In this document: piece by piece, positions 48,487 to 58,793 of the stretch | How positions within the stretch are numbered: position 1 is the first letter of the stretch | How the letters are laid out: each line of letters starts with the position of its first letter | Assembly (NCBI GenBank): GCA_963664875.1 | Contig: OY761611.1 | Coordinates: 3,584,001-3,648,000 of the forward strand | Length of the DNA: 64,000 nucleotides | Direction: 5' to 3' | DNA from: Candidatus Kapaibacterium sp. | GTDB lineage: Bacteria > Bacteroidota > Ignavibacteria > Kapaibacteriales > UBA2268 | The notes under the pieces: model-generated | Databases searched by the model: none | Told to the model about the DNA's origin: nothing | What the model saw: the letters and a program-made list of their open reading frames with translations, nothing else | Translations under genes and position numbers: made by a program

Positions 48487-48637
48487 ATTAGGTCAAAAAT
48501 ATATTGATAAACTTTATCATATAATTTACATAAAATATTCTAAAATACAATCACAAAAAAACATAAGAATACTATAAAAAAAAGTCGCTCCACTTTTCAG
48601 TAGAACGACTTTGTTCTTCTTCAATACTAAAATCAAA

Positions 48638-51600
48638 TTATGAGCATCCACTTGTGCTACCGCAATCTTCACAAACTGTGCAGCTTCCGTTGCGTTTTAC
48701 TCTTGCCGAACCACATTGAGCACATTGTTCGCCTGTGTAGCCAAAAGCAATAGCATCATCTTTGCTTACAGTCAGTTTTGCAGCAGCAGTGCCGTTAGTA
48801 CCGTTACTAACTGTTTCGGTACCAACTGCAACTAACTCACTAACTAATTCCGGATCGATATCTTCCTCATTAGCCGGGAGAGTATCGTCAAAATCTATTG
48901 CCCTGGGGGTAGATTTTACCGGTTTTTCTTCGTTGTCGTCATGTTTGTCTTCATCCACAGCATTAACGTGAATGAAATCTTTCCTTCCGAGATAGTCATA
49001 ACCAAGTGAGCGGAAAACGTAGTCCAAAACAGAAGTCGCATTTTTAATTGCTTCGTGACCATCAACCAATCCCGCAGGTTCGAAACGTGTAAATGTAAAC
49101 GAATCCACTAATTCTTCCAATGGCACTCCGTACTGCAATGCTTTCGAAGCCAAAATGGCAAAACTATTAAGCAAGCCGCGGAATGATGCACCTTCTTTGT
49201 ACATATCTATGAAGAGTTCACCTAAAGAACCATCTTCGTATTCGCCGGTTCTCAAAAAGACCTTATGCCCACCAACGTAAGCCTCTCTGATGTGACCTGA
49301 GCGTTTTTTAGGAAGCTTGTGACGTACAAGTTTGTAGTGAATTCTGTCTGCAATTATTTCCTGAACCTCTTTAGGACCTTTTGTTTCGTCTAATGTGTTT
49401 TCATCACCTAATGTTATTAGTTCGTCCAAATCCGAATAGTTCGTTGTGTTCAAAGGCTGTGAAAGTTTTGAACCGTCTCTGTAGAGAGCGATTGCTTTCA
49501 CCATAGACTTCCAGGAAGTCATGTAAACTTCGCCAATCTCGGAAACTGATGCTTCCGCAGGCATATTTACAGTTTTTGAGATAGCACCTGAAATGAAAGG
49601 CTGTGCAGCTGCCATAATTCTGACATGAGCCATGTGGTGAATGTAGCGTTTGCCTTTTTTGCCGCATTTGTTAGCAGTGTCAAATATCGGCAAATGTTCT
49701 TCTTTCAAGTGAGGCGCACCTTCTATAGTCATAGTGCCACAGATGTAATCATTTGCTGCATCTATCTGCTCATCTGTAAATCCAAGTCGTTTGAGCAGAT
49801 TAAATTTTGAATCATTGTAGTCGCTTTCGTTGAAGCCAAGAGATTTCAGGAAATCTTCGCCGAGCGACCATTTATTGAAAGCAAAAGTTATATCAAATAC
49901 AGATGCAAGCTGTGGCTCGATTGCTTCGATTTGCTCTCTGTTAAATCCTTTTGCTTCTAAAGATTTTTTGTTGATATGCGGACAACCCACTAATGTAGCA
50001 TGCCCTTTAGAATATTTTTCTATGTCTTCTATCTGCTTATTGCCATAACCCAATTTTGTTAATGCTTTGCGAACTGATTGATTGACAATTTTGAAATATC
50101 CGCCGCCTGATAGTTTTTTGTATTTTATGATAGCAAAATCAGGTTCGATACCTGTAGTATCGCAATCCATAACAAGACCAATCGTGCCGGTAGGAGCTAT
50201 CACTGATACCTGAGCATTGCGGTAACCATATTGTTCGCCAAGTTCCAAAGCTCTGTCCCAGACTAATCTTGCAGCTTCTACTAATTTTTCATCTACATAT
50301 TTTGTATTGATGCCCATTGGTCTGACAGTCAAATCCTCATACTTAGCAGGAGCTTCGTTATATGCTGCTCTGCGATGGTTGCGAATGACTCTGAGCATGT
50401 GCTCTTTGTTGAGTTCGTATTTATCGAAAGTGCCAAGCTCTTTTGCCATCTCTGCGGACGTAGCATAAGCCTGCCCTGTAAGCATTGCAGTCAAAGCACC
50501 CGTCATAGCCAGAGCTTCCGGAGAGTCGTAAGGAATACCGTTTACCATTAGTAATGTACCAATATTGGCATAACCTAAGCCGAGTGTACGGAAATCAAAG
50601 CTTTTTTGCGCAACTTCTTTGGATGGGAACTGAGCCATCAATACGGATATTTCGAGCACAACAGTCCAAATGCGAATTGCATGTAAGTATTCATCTACTA
50701 AGAAATGACCTGTTGCTTCATCGTAAAATTTCATTAGATTTAAACTTGCAAGGTTGCAGGCGGTGTCATCTAAAAACATGTATTCGCTACATGGGTTCGA
50801 AGCATTTATTCTGCCTGATTCCGGGCAGGTATGCCATTCGTTAATAGTAGTGTCGTATTGTACGCCAGGATCTGCTGACTTCCAAGCACTCATGTTTATC
50901 TTGTTCCACAAATCTCTCGCACGTACCGATTTTACAGTATCGCCATTGGTACGGAATTTCAAATCCCACATTTCGTCATTTTCGACACACTGCATAAACT
51001 CATTTGTGATACGAACTGAGTTATTTGAATTTTGGCCGCTGACAGTCAGATATGCTTCGCCTTCGTAATAAGTGTCAAACTCTTCGAAGTTAAGATTAGT
51101 GAAGCCCTGACTTACTAAATCTAATGTTCTGTCTATTATATTTAGTGGAGTTCCTCGGTGGATAGCTCTTTGGATAAGAGTATTTAGTCTTTTGTTTTGC
51201 TTACGGTCAGCATTATTGTTGATGGCTTCATCGACAATAGCCTGCAAAAATGCTTTGTTTACTCTTGAGCCTGCCACCAAAGCAGCAACTTTCTCTTCTT
51301 CGCGAGCTTTCCAAGTGATAAATTCTTCTATATCCGGATGGTCTATGTCAAGTATTACCATTTTAGCTGCACGGCGAGTAGTGCCACCTGATTTGATAGC
51401 TCCGGCAGCTCTGTCGAAAATCTTCAAAAAGCTCATAAGCCCGGAAGAAAGCCCGCCTCCTGAAAGCGGTTCACCGAAAGCACGAATATTAGAAAAATTA
51501 GTACCTGTGCCGCTACCATATTTAAAGATACGTGCTTCTCTAGTTGCCAAATCAAAGATACCGCCTTCGTTAAGTAAGTCATCATTGACTGACTGAATAA

Positions 51601-52150
51601 AGCAGGCATGAGGCTGAGGGCGAGAGTAAGCGTCTTTTGATTTATTGATTTTCTTAGTTTCCGGATCTACAAAGTAGTGTCCTTGCTTGCTGCCTGTGAT
51701 TCCGTATTCATTGTATAAACCTGTGTTGAACCACTGAGGCGAGTTTGGAGCCGCCATTTGGTTTACAAGCATATAAACAAGCTCGTCATAAAAAACTTTA
51801 GCGTCCTGCTCAGAATCGAAATATTTGAAATCAACACCCCATGATTTCCAAGTATTTGCTAATCTGTGCATCACCTGTTTTATAGATTTTTCGCTGCCAA
51901 GTATCTGCTTACCGTCTTCATCTATAACTGGTTTGCCGGATTCGTCATACAGAGGCACTCCTGCTTTTCTGAAATATTTCTGGGCAAGTATGTCAGTTGC
52001 CATCTGCGACCAAGTCGTAGGCACTTCCACATCATTTGCTTCGAATACTACAGAGCCGTCAGGATTCCTAAGCACAGAAGTTCGTTTTGTATATTTGAAT
52101 AAGTCAAAAGGACTTATGCCATCTTTCGTAAAGAGTCGGCTAAATTTCAT
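48638..52150 (-). CDS. nrdJ: Class II (adenosylcobalamin-dependent) ribonucleotide reductase
   Basis: [49 protein letters not shown] and a C-terminal zinc ribbon ending TSGCS. Confidence 0.96.
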   Translation of the reverse strand: MKFSRLFTKDGISPFDLFKYTKRTSVLRNPDGSVVFEANDVEVPTTWSQMATDILAQKYFRKAGVPLYDESGKPVIDEDGKQILGSEKSIKQVMHRLANTWKSWGVDFKYFDSEQDAKVFYDELVYMLVNQMAAPNSPQWFNTGLYNEYGITGSKQGHYFVDPETKKINKSKDAYSRPQPHACFIQSVNDDLLNEGGIFDLATREARIFKYGSGTGTNFSNIRAFGEPLSGGGLSSGLMSFLKIFDRAAGAIKSGGTTRRAAKMVILDIDHPDIEEFITWKAREEEKVAALVAGSRVNKAFLQAIVDEAINNNADRKQNKRLNTLIQRAIHRGTPLNIIDRTLDLVSQGFTNLNFEEFDTYYEGEAYLTVSGQNSNNSVRITNEFMQCVENDEMWDLKFRTNGDTVKSVRARDLWNKINMSAWKSADPGVQYDTTINEWHTCPESGRINASNPCSEYMFLDDTACNLASLNLMKFYDEATGHFLVDEYLHAIRIWTVVLEISVLMAQFPSKEVAQKSFDFRTLGLGYANIGTLLMVNGIPYDSPEALAMTGALTAMLTGQAYATSAEMAKELGTFDKYELNKEHMLRVIRNHRRAAYNEAPAKYEDLTVRPMGINTKYVDEKLVEAARLVWDRALELGEQYGYRNAQVSVIAPTGTIGLVMDCDTTGIEPDFAIIKYKKLSGGGYFKIVNQSVRKALTKLGYGNKQIEDIEKYSKGHATLVGCPHINKKSLEAKGFNREQIEAIEPQLASVFDITFAFNKWSLGEDFLKSLGFNESDYNDSKFNLLKRLGFTDEQIDAANDYICGTMTIEGAPHLKEEHLPIFDTANKCGKKGKRYIHHMAHVRIMAAAQPFISGAISKTVNMPAEASVSEIGEVYMTSWKSMVKAIALYRDGSKLSQPLNTTNYSDLDELITLGDENTLDETKGPKEVQEIIADRIHYKLVRHKLPKKRSGHIREAYVGGHKVFLRTGEYEDGSLGELFIDMYKEGASFRGLLNSFAILASKALQYGVPLEELVDSFTFTRFEPAGLVDGHEAIKNATSVLDYVFRSLGYDYLGRKDFIHVNAVDEDKHDDNEEKPVKSTPRAIDFDDTLPANEEDIDPELVSELVAVGTETVSNGTNGTAAAKLTVSKDDAIAFGYTGEQCAQCGSARVKRNGSCTVCEDCGSTSGCS

Positions 52151-52360
52151 GCTGCCACCGTTCAAAATGTCAATAATTATACTTTACATTAGACCAAATC
52201 AGCTTAAAAATTGGTATATTGTAAAACATAACCTTGAATATATAGTTATAATAAAACTTGAATTCTTTAGCAAAAAGTACCCTAAGAAAAATTGTTTATT
52301 GAAGTGGCTACTTCGCTTAAGATACAAATATAGACGTATATTTTTCATAAAAGACTATTG

Positions 52361-52404
52361 TTTTCCACAAATAGCTAACACCGCCGTAAATCATTTGTGG
52401 ATAA
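52361..52404. promoter_or_regulatory. Two DnaA-box matches upstream of nrdJ
   Basis: TTTTCCACA at 52361-52369 and TGTGGATAA (reverse complement of TTATCCACA) at 52396-52404. Confidence 0.5.
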
Positions 52405-52450
52405 ATATTTAGAGCGATAAAAAAATATTGATAATAAATAGGTATTCAGT

Positions 52451-53020
52451 ATGTTAGAGCAAATTTTACAATTAGATACTGAAATATTTCAGCTTGTAAA
52501 CAGCGGAATGGCTAATATAATAATGGATTTGGCTATGCCAATTGTAACAAGCCTGAAATATTGGACTCCTGTATATCTGATAGGATTTCTTTTTCTTTTG
52601 ATAAAATATAAATGGAAAGGACTGTTTTATTGTGTAATGATATTGCTAACAGTCGGAATTGCTAACGAGTTATCGAGCCATATACTGAAAGAATTTTTCG
52701 TTCGCCCGAGACCATGCCACACTCTAAGCGGAGATGAAATTAGATTGTTGGTAGGCTGTGGACCGGGCAAATCATTTCCTTCTTCGCATGCTACAAACAA
52801 CTTTGCTCTTGCAACCATACTAACATACTACTTTAGAAAATACCGCTACTGGTTTTATTCAATTGCTGCACTTGTAGCATTCTCCAGAGTTTATGTAGGA
52901 GTGCACTATCCCATAGATATAAGTGCCGGAGCAATACTTGGCACTTCTGTAGGCTTACTTTTTACATTAATAGCCACCAAAATTGATAAGAAGTGGAATC
53001 TGAAACCTGAGAGTAAATAG
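52451..53020 (+). CDS. PAP2 family phosphatase
   Basis: K....RPRP, SFPSSHA and SRVYVGVHYP.D. Confidence 0.93.
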   Translation: MLEQILQLDTEIFQLVNSGMANIIMDLAMPIVTSLKYWTPVYLIGFLFLLIKYKWKGLFYCVMILLTVGIANELSSHILKEFFVRPRPCHTLSGDEIRLLVGCGPGKSFPSSHATNNFALATILTYYFRKYRYWFYSIAALVAFSRVYVGVHYPIDISAGAILGTSVGLLFTLIATKIDKKWNLKPESK

Positions 53021-53057
53021 ATTTAGCTACACTAATATCTCTATATATAAAACTATA

Positions 53058-53111
53058 TAACCCCCTTGTGTCCATAAAATTGCAAAATCGCGGACACAAA
53101 GGGGTTTGTGT
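53058..53111 (+). repeat. GTGTCC-N18-GGACAC palindromic repeat, copy 1
   Basis: CCCCTTGTGTCCATAAAATTGCAAAATCGCGGACACAAAGGGGTTTGTGT. Confidence 0.9.
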
Positions 53112-53565
53112 TTATGTGGGGTTGAGAATTTACAAATACAGTAAAAAAACTCCTGCTTTTCTTGGTCAGTCATTTCAAAGAAAGGGAGATGTCTAATAGC
53201 TAATAGAAAAAGAAAGTGCCATTCACACGGAATTGATATTATATATACTTATTTCGGTATGTGTGTTATAGTTTATAAATTTCCAATAAGTAATAATATT
53301 TTTTTAAATTTTGAAAATTATTCTTGTATATGTTGTGATAATTATCTAATTTGTTTCAAATGATAATTAATGCACTATATGTATATGTTTGAGTATAAGT
53401 GTAATGTATTTTAAAATAATGAGGCAAATGTTATGAGGGTTTAAAAAAGGATCGACTTGGGCCAGCCGATCCTCAAATCAGCTCATTCAGTCAATTCAAG
53501 AACTGAATGTACCGAATATACGCAATAATTGACGGATTGAATTCTAAATCAGTTTAATCCAAAAT

Positions 53566-53877
53566 ATGGACAAAAAAATGAAATCGATTATTAAAATTCT
53601 ATGCGGAACTATAATTGTATCTGCAATTGTATGCTTCGGTAGCTTTGAAGCATTTTCCACAATTCATAAAGGTGATTTTTACACAGAATCTGGAAGAATA
53701 GAAAGAGAAGGACAACATGTCAAAACTGAACGTGCGAATGGCGTTTTTATAATTTCTTGTAAAAGAGAAAAGGAAGGATGCTGTTGGGAAATTCGTAATG
53801 GAGAATTAGAAATACATGATCAAAACTTTGTGCAGAGTGCTCCTACATCTGTCGATATTATAATGCCACGGTTTTAA
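53566..53877 (+). CDS. Small secreted Cys-containing protein
   Basis: Signal peptide ending AFS; mature region of about 70 aa with C-x6-CCWEI. Confidence 0.75.
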   Translation: MDKKMKSIIKILCGTIIVSAIVCFGSFEAFSTIHKGDFYTESGRIEREGQHVKTERANGVFIISCKREKEGCCWEIRNGELEIHDQNFVQSAPTSVDIIMPRF

Positions 53878-53944
53878 AATCAATATTTCACTTAAGAAGG
53901 ACGCCATATAGGTGTCCTTCCACTTTGATATGAGAAGATTAACA

Positions 53945-55144
53945 ATGAAATATATCCTGTTTGCTATACTGCTAATTTCTTGTAACAACAACTTACGATC
54001 GAATCGTACTTTTAAAGTTGAAGAAGATCAAGTTTGTATAATATCGAAACCACTTTCGATTAGTTTTCAATATAACAAAGTACTATTTGCTGATATCACG
54101 GGTAAACTTGTATGTCTCTATTCAAGAGAAGGCAAAATATTGAAAACATTTGCACCTGAAATGCGCTTTTCTGATTCAATAGCGCTCCTTCAAGAAAAAC
54201 CGAAAAATAAAAGATTTGTCTTAATTGATGAGTATGCTCAAGATTATCCTCAGGAATTAGAAAACGGTGGCTTGCAAAACGCACTTGGCAATATGTACAC
54301 AAACTGTTGCTTTAAAGACTCCAATACTATTGTATGTGGTGGAATATTTGGCGTTTTGATTAAGAAGCCTAAATACGCAAAAAAGAGCTATGGAATATCT
54401 ACTCAAACAATGATTAATGAATACAGTTTGCTATCCTCAAAAATCAAGAGCATTCCATTGCCGGAAGTAGAAGAGCCCTATGGTGTTTTAAACTCAGAAA
54501 CAATGTTCTATTTGGAAAAAACAGATAATTATGTAATGGATTTTTCTACTTTCAAAAAACCTGAGGAAGATAGCATACCTTATTGTTATGCACTGTCAAA
54601 AATGGATAAAGATGGAAAATTTCAAAAAGTTTTTTTTGAAGTGCCGAAAGTATTGCAGTCTCCTTTTCTTTCTGATGATTTTATAAGAATCTGTGCTACA
54701 GGAGACGACAGTTTGTGGTGTGCATTCCCTAAAATAACAAAGATTTATAACCCGGAATCCACCAGCTCGTTTGAATTGAAGCTCAAAAACAATTCTAATA
54801 ACCTGTTTCTTGATAGTATGTCTTTCCTTATTGGTAAATACTCTGATGAAATTGATAAGAGAATAAATCAGCTGTATGCACATTTAAGATATCAGGTTGA
54901 ATCTATCTGTAATTTCCATAATAATATACTTGTTTTTCTGAGAGATCTGATAGATAAAAAGCATATCTTACAGCTTTATACTACTAAAGGTAAATTTCTT
55001 AAAGAAGTGATTTATGAAGAATTTAGTGAGAGTGAAGAAATCGCTGGAATTGCATATGCCAAAGACACAGAAGAATTCATTTTTATTTCAATGAAGGACG
55101 AAGAGTGGTTCTTTACTTATAAAAAAGTAGAGGAGGTATTTTGA
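53945..55144 (+). CDS. Lipoprotein, probable beta-propeller
   Basis: LLISC lipobox; repeated YSREGKILKTF / MDKDGKFQK / YTTKGKFLKEV blade-like motifs. Confidence 0.7.
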   Translation: MKYILFAILLISCNNNLRSNRTFKVEEDQVCIISKPLSISFQYNKVLFADITGKLVCLYSREGKILKTFAPEMRFSDSIALLQEKPKNKRFVLIDEYAQDYPQELENGGLQNALGNMYTNCCFKDSNTIVCGGIFGVLIKKPKYAKKSYGISTQTMINEYSLLSSKIKSIPLPEVEEPYGVLNSETMFYLEKTDNYVMDFSTFKKPEEDSIPYCYALSKMDKDGKFQKVFFEVPKVLQSPFLSDDFIRICATGDDSLWCAFPKITKIYNPESTSSFELKLKNNSNNLFLDSMSFLIGKYSDEIDKRINQLYAHLRYQVESICNFHNNILVFLRDLIDKKHILQLYTTKGKFLKEVIYEEFSESEEIAGIAYAKDTEEFIFISMKDEEWFFTYKKVEEVF

Positions 55145-55593
55145 AAAGATTAGTTAATTGTTTTGCCTTATGCCTTTGTATTACTTTTATATTGCTATTG
55201 TCTTCATGCAGAGGTGGAAGAGAGGTCTTTGATGTGAAAATTGAAGGCACTGTAGCCGTCTTTATGTTTGTTGATGAAAACGAATGTTTAGGTTGCTCAA
55301 CTTTTATGCTCGACTGCTTTAGTTTGTTAAATAATCAAAAAGATTTACAGGCTACTGCAATTGTAAATTGTAAGAGAGAAAAACAGCTGAAGACTTTCAA
55401 TAAAAATTATAACTGGAATTACTTGAGCATACTTGATAAAAACTATAAAGAAAAATACAATCTTAATCCTAATACTGTTGTTGTGCTTGCATTTCAGGAT
55501 TCTGAAAATTTAATTGAGTTTTGCAAAGATGATATTCAGGCAATAGAAAAAATAAAATCATATATAAGGATTGTACAAAATGAAATACGCTAG
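55141..55593 (+). CDS. Lipoprotein with CxxC thioredoxin-like motif
   Basis: LSSC lipobox, ECLGC and PNTVVVL; overlaps both neighbours. Confidence 0.7.
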   Translation: MKRLVNCFALCLCITFILLLSSCRGGREVFDVKIEGTVAVFMFVDENECLGCSTFMLDCFSLLNNQKDLQATAIVNCKREKQLKTFNKNYNWNYLSILDKNYKEKYNLNPNTVVVLAFQDSENLIEFCKDDIQAIEKIKSYIRIVQNEIR

Positions 55594-56794
55594 TTTACTA
55601 ACTTTATTTGTTATCGTTGCGATTAATGTATTTGCTGAAGAAAAATGGTATTTGGAAACATCCAATTATTTCCCTTCTTTCCAAACAATGGAGTTTACTC
55701 AAAATAATCAGAAATATGGTGTAATAGCTGGCTTAAAAGGAGTAATTTTGACGTCAACAGATTCCGGAATTGATTGGTATGGCAATCAAGTATCAGATTG
55801 CCATTGGATAGGTGCTGCTTCCACAGACTCTTTAATTTGCTGTTTTGCTCAGCCGGGAATAGACAATAAAGATAGTTTAATAGCTGTTTATGATATGAGA
55901 ACTGGAAATATTAAACTCAAATCTACCCCTAAAGAAACAGACGGCACAAGAATAACAGGTGTCAATTTGCTAAGTTACCCGAAGGTATATTTAGTCAATT
56001 CGAACGGATCAATTTATGTTTCTGACTCTAATTTTGAAAATTGGGTTATTTATAACACTACTGCTGATTTCGCTGGGTTTGTTAAGTATGACAATAGCGG
56101 AAATCTATGGAAAGTCTCAACAAACAGTCAAGTTTATAAATCTGAAAATAATGGCCAAGATTGGACTATAGTAGAGGAGGCTGGTGAGAATATATATGAT
56201 ATTAAAGTGAGTGGGCAGTGGATATATGCCACTTCGAATCATGAAGCTGGAGTTGCACAAAAGGTTTATTGCTCTTCTGATTCAGGTCTTTCCTGGACTG
56301 AGATTGAATTGCCTTTAAATAAAAGACTTATGCGTATAGCACACTGTGAAAACAGAATCTTTATTACTTTTTGGGAAGAAGAAATAATGACCAATTACGT
56401 TTCAAACGACGATGGTTTGAATTGGACTGAACTTCCTCTTGAAACAAAAGACAATTTGTTGAGCTTCTGCTTTTTGTCCAGCTCTTTAGGTTATGCTTAT
56501 GGTACTCACAATTCTAAAGGTATATTATATAAATACACGATAGATACCTCTGTGTTGACTGAATTATCTTTAGATCCTAAGATTAGCTTGTATCCTAATC
56601 CTGCTTCGAATCTACTTACTATTGATATGCCACAACAAATTGAGCGTGTAGATATATTTTCCTCAGATGGCAAAAAAATCTTAAGTTCCAAAAATAAGCA
56701 AATAGAACTGGATGGCTTGCCTAATGGCACGTATTTTATCTATATCCGGACATTAGATAACACTTATACAAAACAGTTTATAGTATCTAAATAG
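55580..56794 (+). CDS. Secreted BNR/YCF48-like beta-propeller protein with T9SS type A sorting domain
   Basis: STDSGIDW, SENNGQDW, SSDSGLSW and SNDDGLNW Asp-boxes; LYPNPAS...LPNGTYFI...KQFIVSK. Confidence 0.88.
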   Translation: MKYASLLTLFVIVAINVFAEEKWYLETSNYFPSFQTMEFTQNNQKYGVIAGLKGVILTSTDSGIDWYGNQVSDCHWIGAASTDSLICCFAQPGIDNKDSLIAVYDMRTGNIKLKSTPKETDGTRITGVNLLSYPKVYLVNSNGSIYVSDSNFENWVIYNTTADFAGFVKYDNSGNLWKVSTNSQVYKSENNGQDWTIVEEAGENIYDIKVSGQWIYATSNHEAGVAQKVYCSSDSGLSWTEIELPLNKRLMRIAHCENRIFITFWEEEIMTNYVSNDDGLNWTELPLETKDNLLSFCFLSSSLGYAYGTHNSKGILYKYTIDTSVLTELSLDPKISLYPNPASNLLTIDMPQQIERVDIFSSDGKKILSSKNKQIELDGLPNGTYFIYIRTLDNTYTKQFIVSK

Positions 56795-56812
56795 CAAAAT
56801 GAAAAAACTCAA

Positions 56813-56883
56813 TAACCCCTTTGTGTCCATAAAATTGCAAAATCGCGGACACAAAGGGGTTTGTGTATATTTGCGATGACACA
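56813..56883 (+). repeat. GTGTCC-N18-GGACAC repeat, copy 2
   Basis: Core essentially identical to copy 1; tail TATATTTGCGATGACACA. Confidence 0.9.
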
Positions 56884-56976
56884 AGCGATATAGATATTAG
56901 TATATTTGGGAAAAAAAATATTATATTATCAGTCAAAAGGAGCCTGCTGTTTTTAATATGGATACTAAAGTTAATA

Positions 56977-57912
56977 ATGAGTCCGGCGATGATCCAAAAT
57001 CTTATTAGAGTAACGACATTTTATTTAGCCATGTTTATATTCGGAGTGTCTGCCTTTGCCTCCAATAAAGATTCGCTTGCTGAAAAACAAGAATATCAAA
57101 TTGGACTAACCGATGCCTTAGCAGCCACAGGTATATATTATGGAGCTTCTATTTATATTCTCAATAACACTTGGTACAAAGATAGAGGAACTGTTGCTTT
57201 TCATTTTTATGATGATAGTAAAGCTTATATGCAGGTAGATAAGCTGGGGCACGCTTTTGGCTCGTACTTCTATAGCTATATCGGCTTTTCCGGTCTGAAA
57301 TATTTAGGATTTTCTAACCAATCATCTCTGATTTATGGTGGCACTTTGGGATTCGTTTTGCAACTGCCAATTGAAATTATGGATGGCTTTCATGAAGGAT
57401 GGGGATTCTCTTGGTCGGATATTGCTGCAAATGCTTCCGGCTCTTTGTTGGTTATAGGTCAGGAACTTCTTTTTCAAGAACAAATTGCCAAATTTAAATT
57501 TAGCTATTGGGAAACTGACTATTCACGCAATGCGAATGGCTATTTGGGTGACAATACACTTGACAAGATACTTGATGATTATAATGGACACTCCTACTGG
57601 ATATCAGTTCCTATAAATATACTTACTCAGAAATCAATGCTACCCGACTGGCTTTGTTTATCTGTCGGATACGGAGCTAATGGTATGTATGGTGAATACG
57701 AGAATATCACTGAATATAATGGTGTCCCAATTCCTGAAACGCAACGCTACCGCCAGTACTTCTTTTCTTTGGATATTGATTGGACTAAGATAAAAACAGA
57801 TTCTCCAATCCTAAATGTTATACTCAAAGGTCTGACTTTTATCAAATTGCCTTTCCCAACAATCGAATATAACAGCCTCGGCAATTTTGAATATCATTGG
57901 TTGCACTACTAA
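56977..57912 (+). CDS. DUF2279/YfiM-like membrane protein
   Basis: WY....FHFYDD....QVDKLGHAF, EIMDGF...WGFSWSD..AN, DYNG.SYW and RQYFFSLDID. Confidence 0.85.
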   Translation: MSPAMIQNLIRVTTFYLAMFIFGVSAFASNKDSLAEKQEYQIGLTDALAATGIYYGASIYILNNTWYKDRGTVAFHFYDDSKAYMQVDKLGHAFGSYFYSYIGFSGLKYLGFSNQSSLIYGGTLGFVLQLPIEIMDGFHEGWGFSWSDIAANASGSLLVIGQELLFQEQIAKFKFSYWETDYSRNANGYLGDNTLDKILDDYNGHSYWISVPINILTQKSMLPDWLCLSVGYGANGMYGEYENITEYNGVPIPETQRYRQYFFSLDIDWTKIKTDSPILNVILKGLTFIKLPFPTIEYNSLGNFEYHWLHY

Positions 57913-58062
57913 GATGTGTAGCTACTATTTGGGAAAATCTACCACAAAAGTTAAACCCTGATTGTCTTTAGAACTCAAAAACATTTGCAACTTCATTTAT
58001 GTGCGAGGAAGAATTCAATTAGTAATTTAAGAAAAACTTACATTTTGAATCATTGAAGGGGA

Positions 58063-58320
58063 TGTCTCATAAGTACCCTCTAGATTTTATTAGACTTATT
58101 TCGTGCGAAAAATATTAATACAATAGGAGGCTGAAAGCCTCAAATATATTAGCCCGGGCAACGCCCCGGGAAAGATAAGTCATTGAAATATAGAGCCCTG
58201 TAAGGGCGACCAGCTTGAGACGCAATCATTGCGTCTCTACATTTTGCTTAACTCAATTCACATAATGTATTCAGTAATCGTCAAGTTAATATAGATTGTT
58301 TTGTCGTATGAGACAGCCTC
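58063..58320. repeat. IR-bounded module containing a composite REP (58128-58208) and a GTAG-type REP (58217-58240)
   Basis: TGTCTCATAAG...TATGAGACAGCCTC ends; AGGCTGAAAGCCT..CCCGGGCAACGCCCCGGG..GCCCTGTAAGGGCG; GAGACGCAATCATTGCGTCTCTAC. Confidence 0.75.
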
Positions 58321-58440
58321 CCAATAAATAAGATAACGACTTGCATTGGTTTTCACATGACATTTTTGGGTTAAATCAATTTTCTGACCTAATAAGCTCT
58401 ATAAGTTGCAAGACACAATCAGTAAAATTGTGATATAAAA

Positions 58441-58507
58441 ACTTTGTGTCCACAAAATCGCAAAATCGTGGACACAAAGTGTTTTGTGTATATTTGCGAT
58501 GACACAA
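58441..58507 (+). repeat. GTGTCC-N18-GGACAC repeat, copy 3
   Basis: CTTTGTGTCCACAAAATCGCAAAATCGTGGACACAAAG...TATATTTGCGATGACACA. Confidence 0.9.
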
Positions 58508-58793
58508 AAATCCTATAGTGCTTCTATATTGAATATACGCACATTTGCTAACAGATTCTTTCCAATTTATACAATAATCTTCCAAAACTTTTACCTGAAA
58601 ATATACACGTTTTTAGTGCAATTGGGGTTTGCGTCATTGCAATCGGACACAAGTTGATTAGTGTCCTTAAAAAATAAAAAAAGTGGACACAAAATAAAAT
58701 AATGTTGTAAGTTATTAGTATATATAGTATATTAGTGTATGTAAAAAAGTCCGAATAATGGACACATATATTTTTAACTTAGGAGTTTTTGCA

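Noticed and set aside
48638-52150. Intein or intron in nrdJ
   Set aside because: Continuous ORF with no C/S...HN splice motifs or LAGLIDADG blocks recognised; the length is compatible with long NrdJ proteins.
52150-52450. Cobalamin riboswitch, NrdR boxes or oriC upstream of nrdJ
   Set aside because: The region is very AT-rich with no B12-box, NrdR-like matches are weak, and two DnaA boxes alone do not support an origin.
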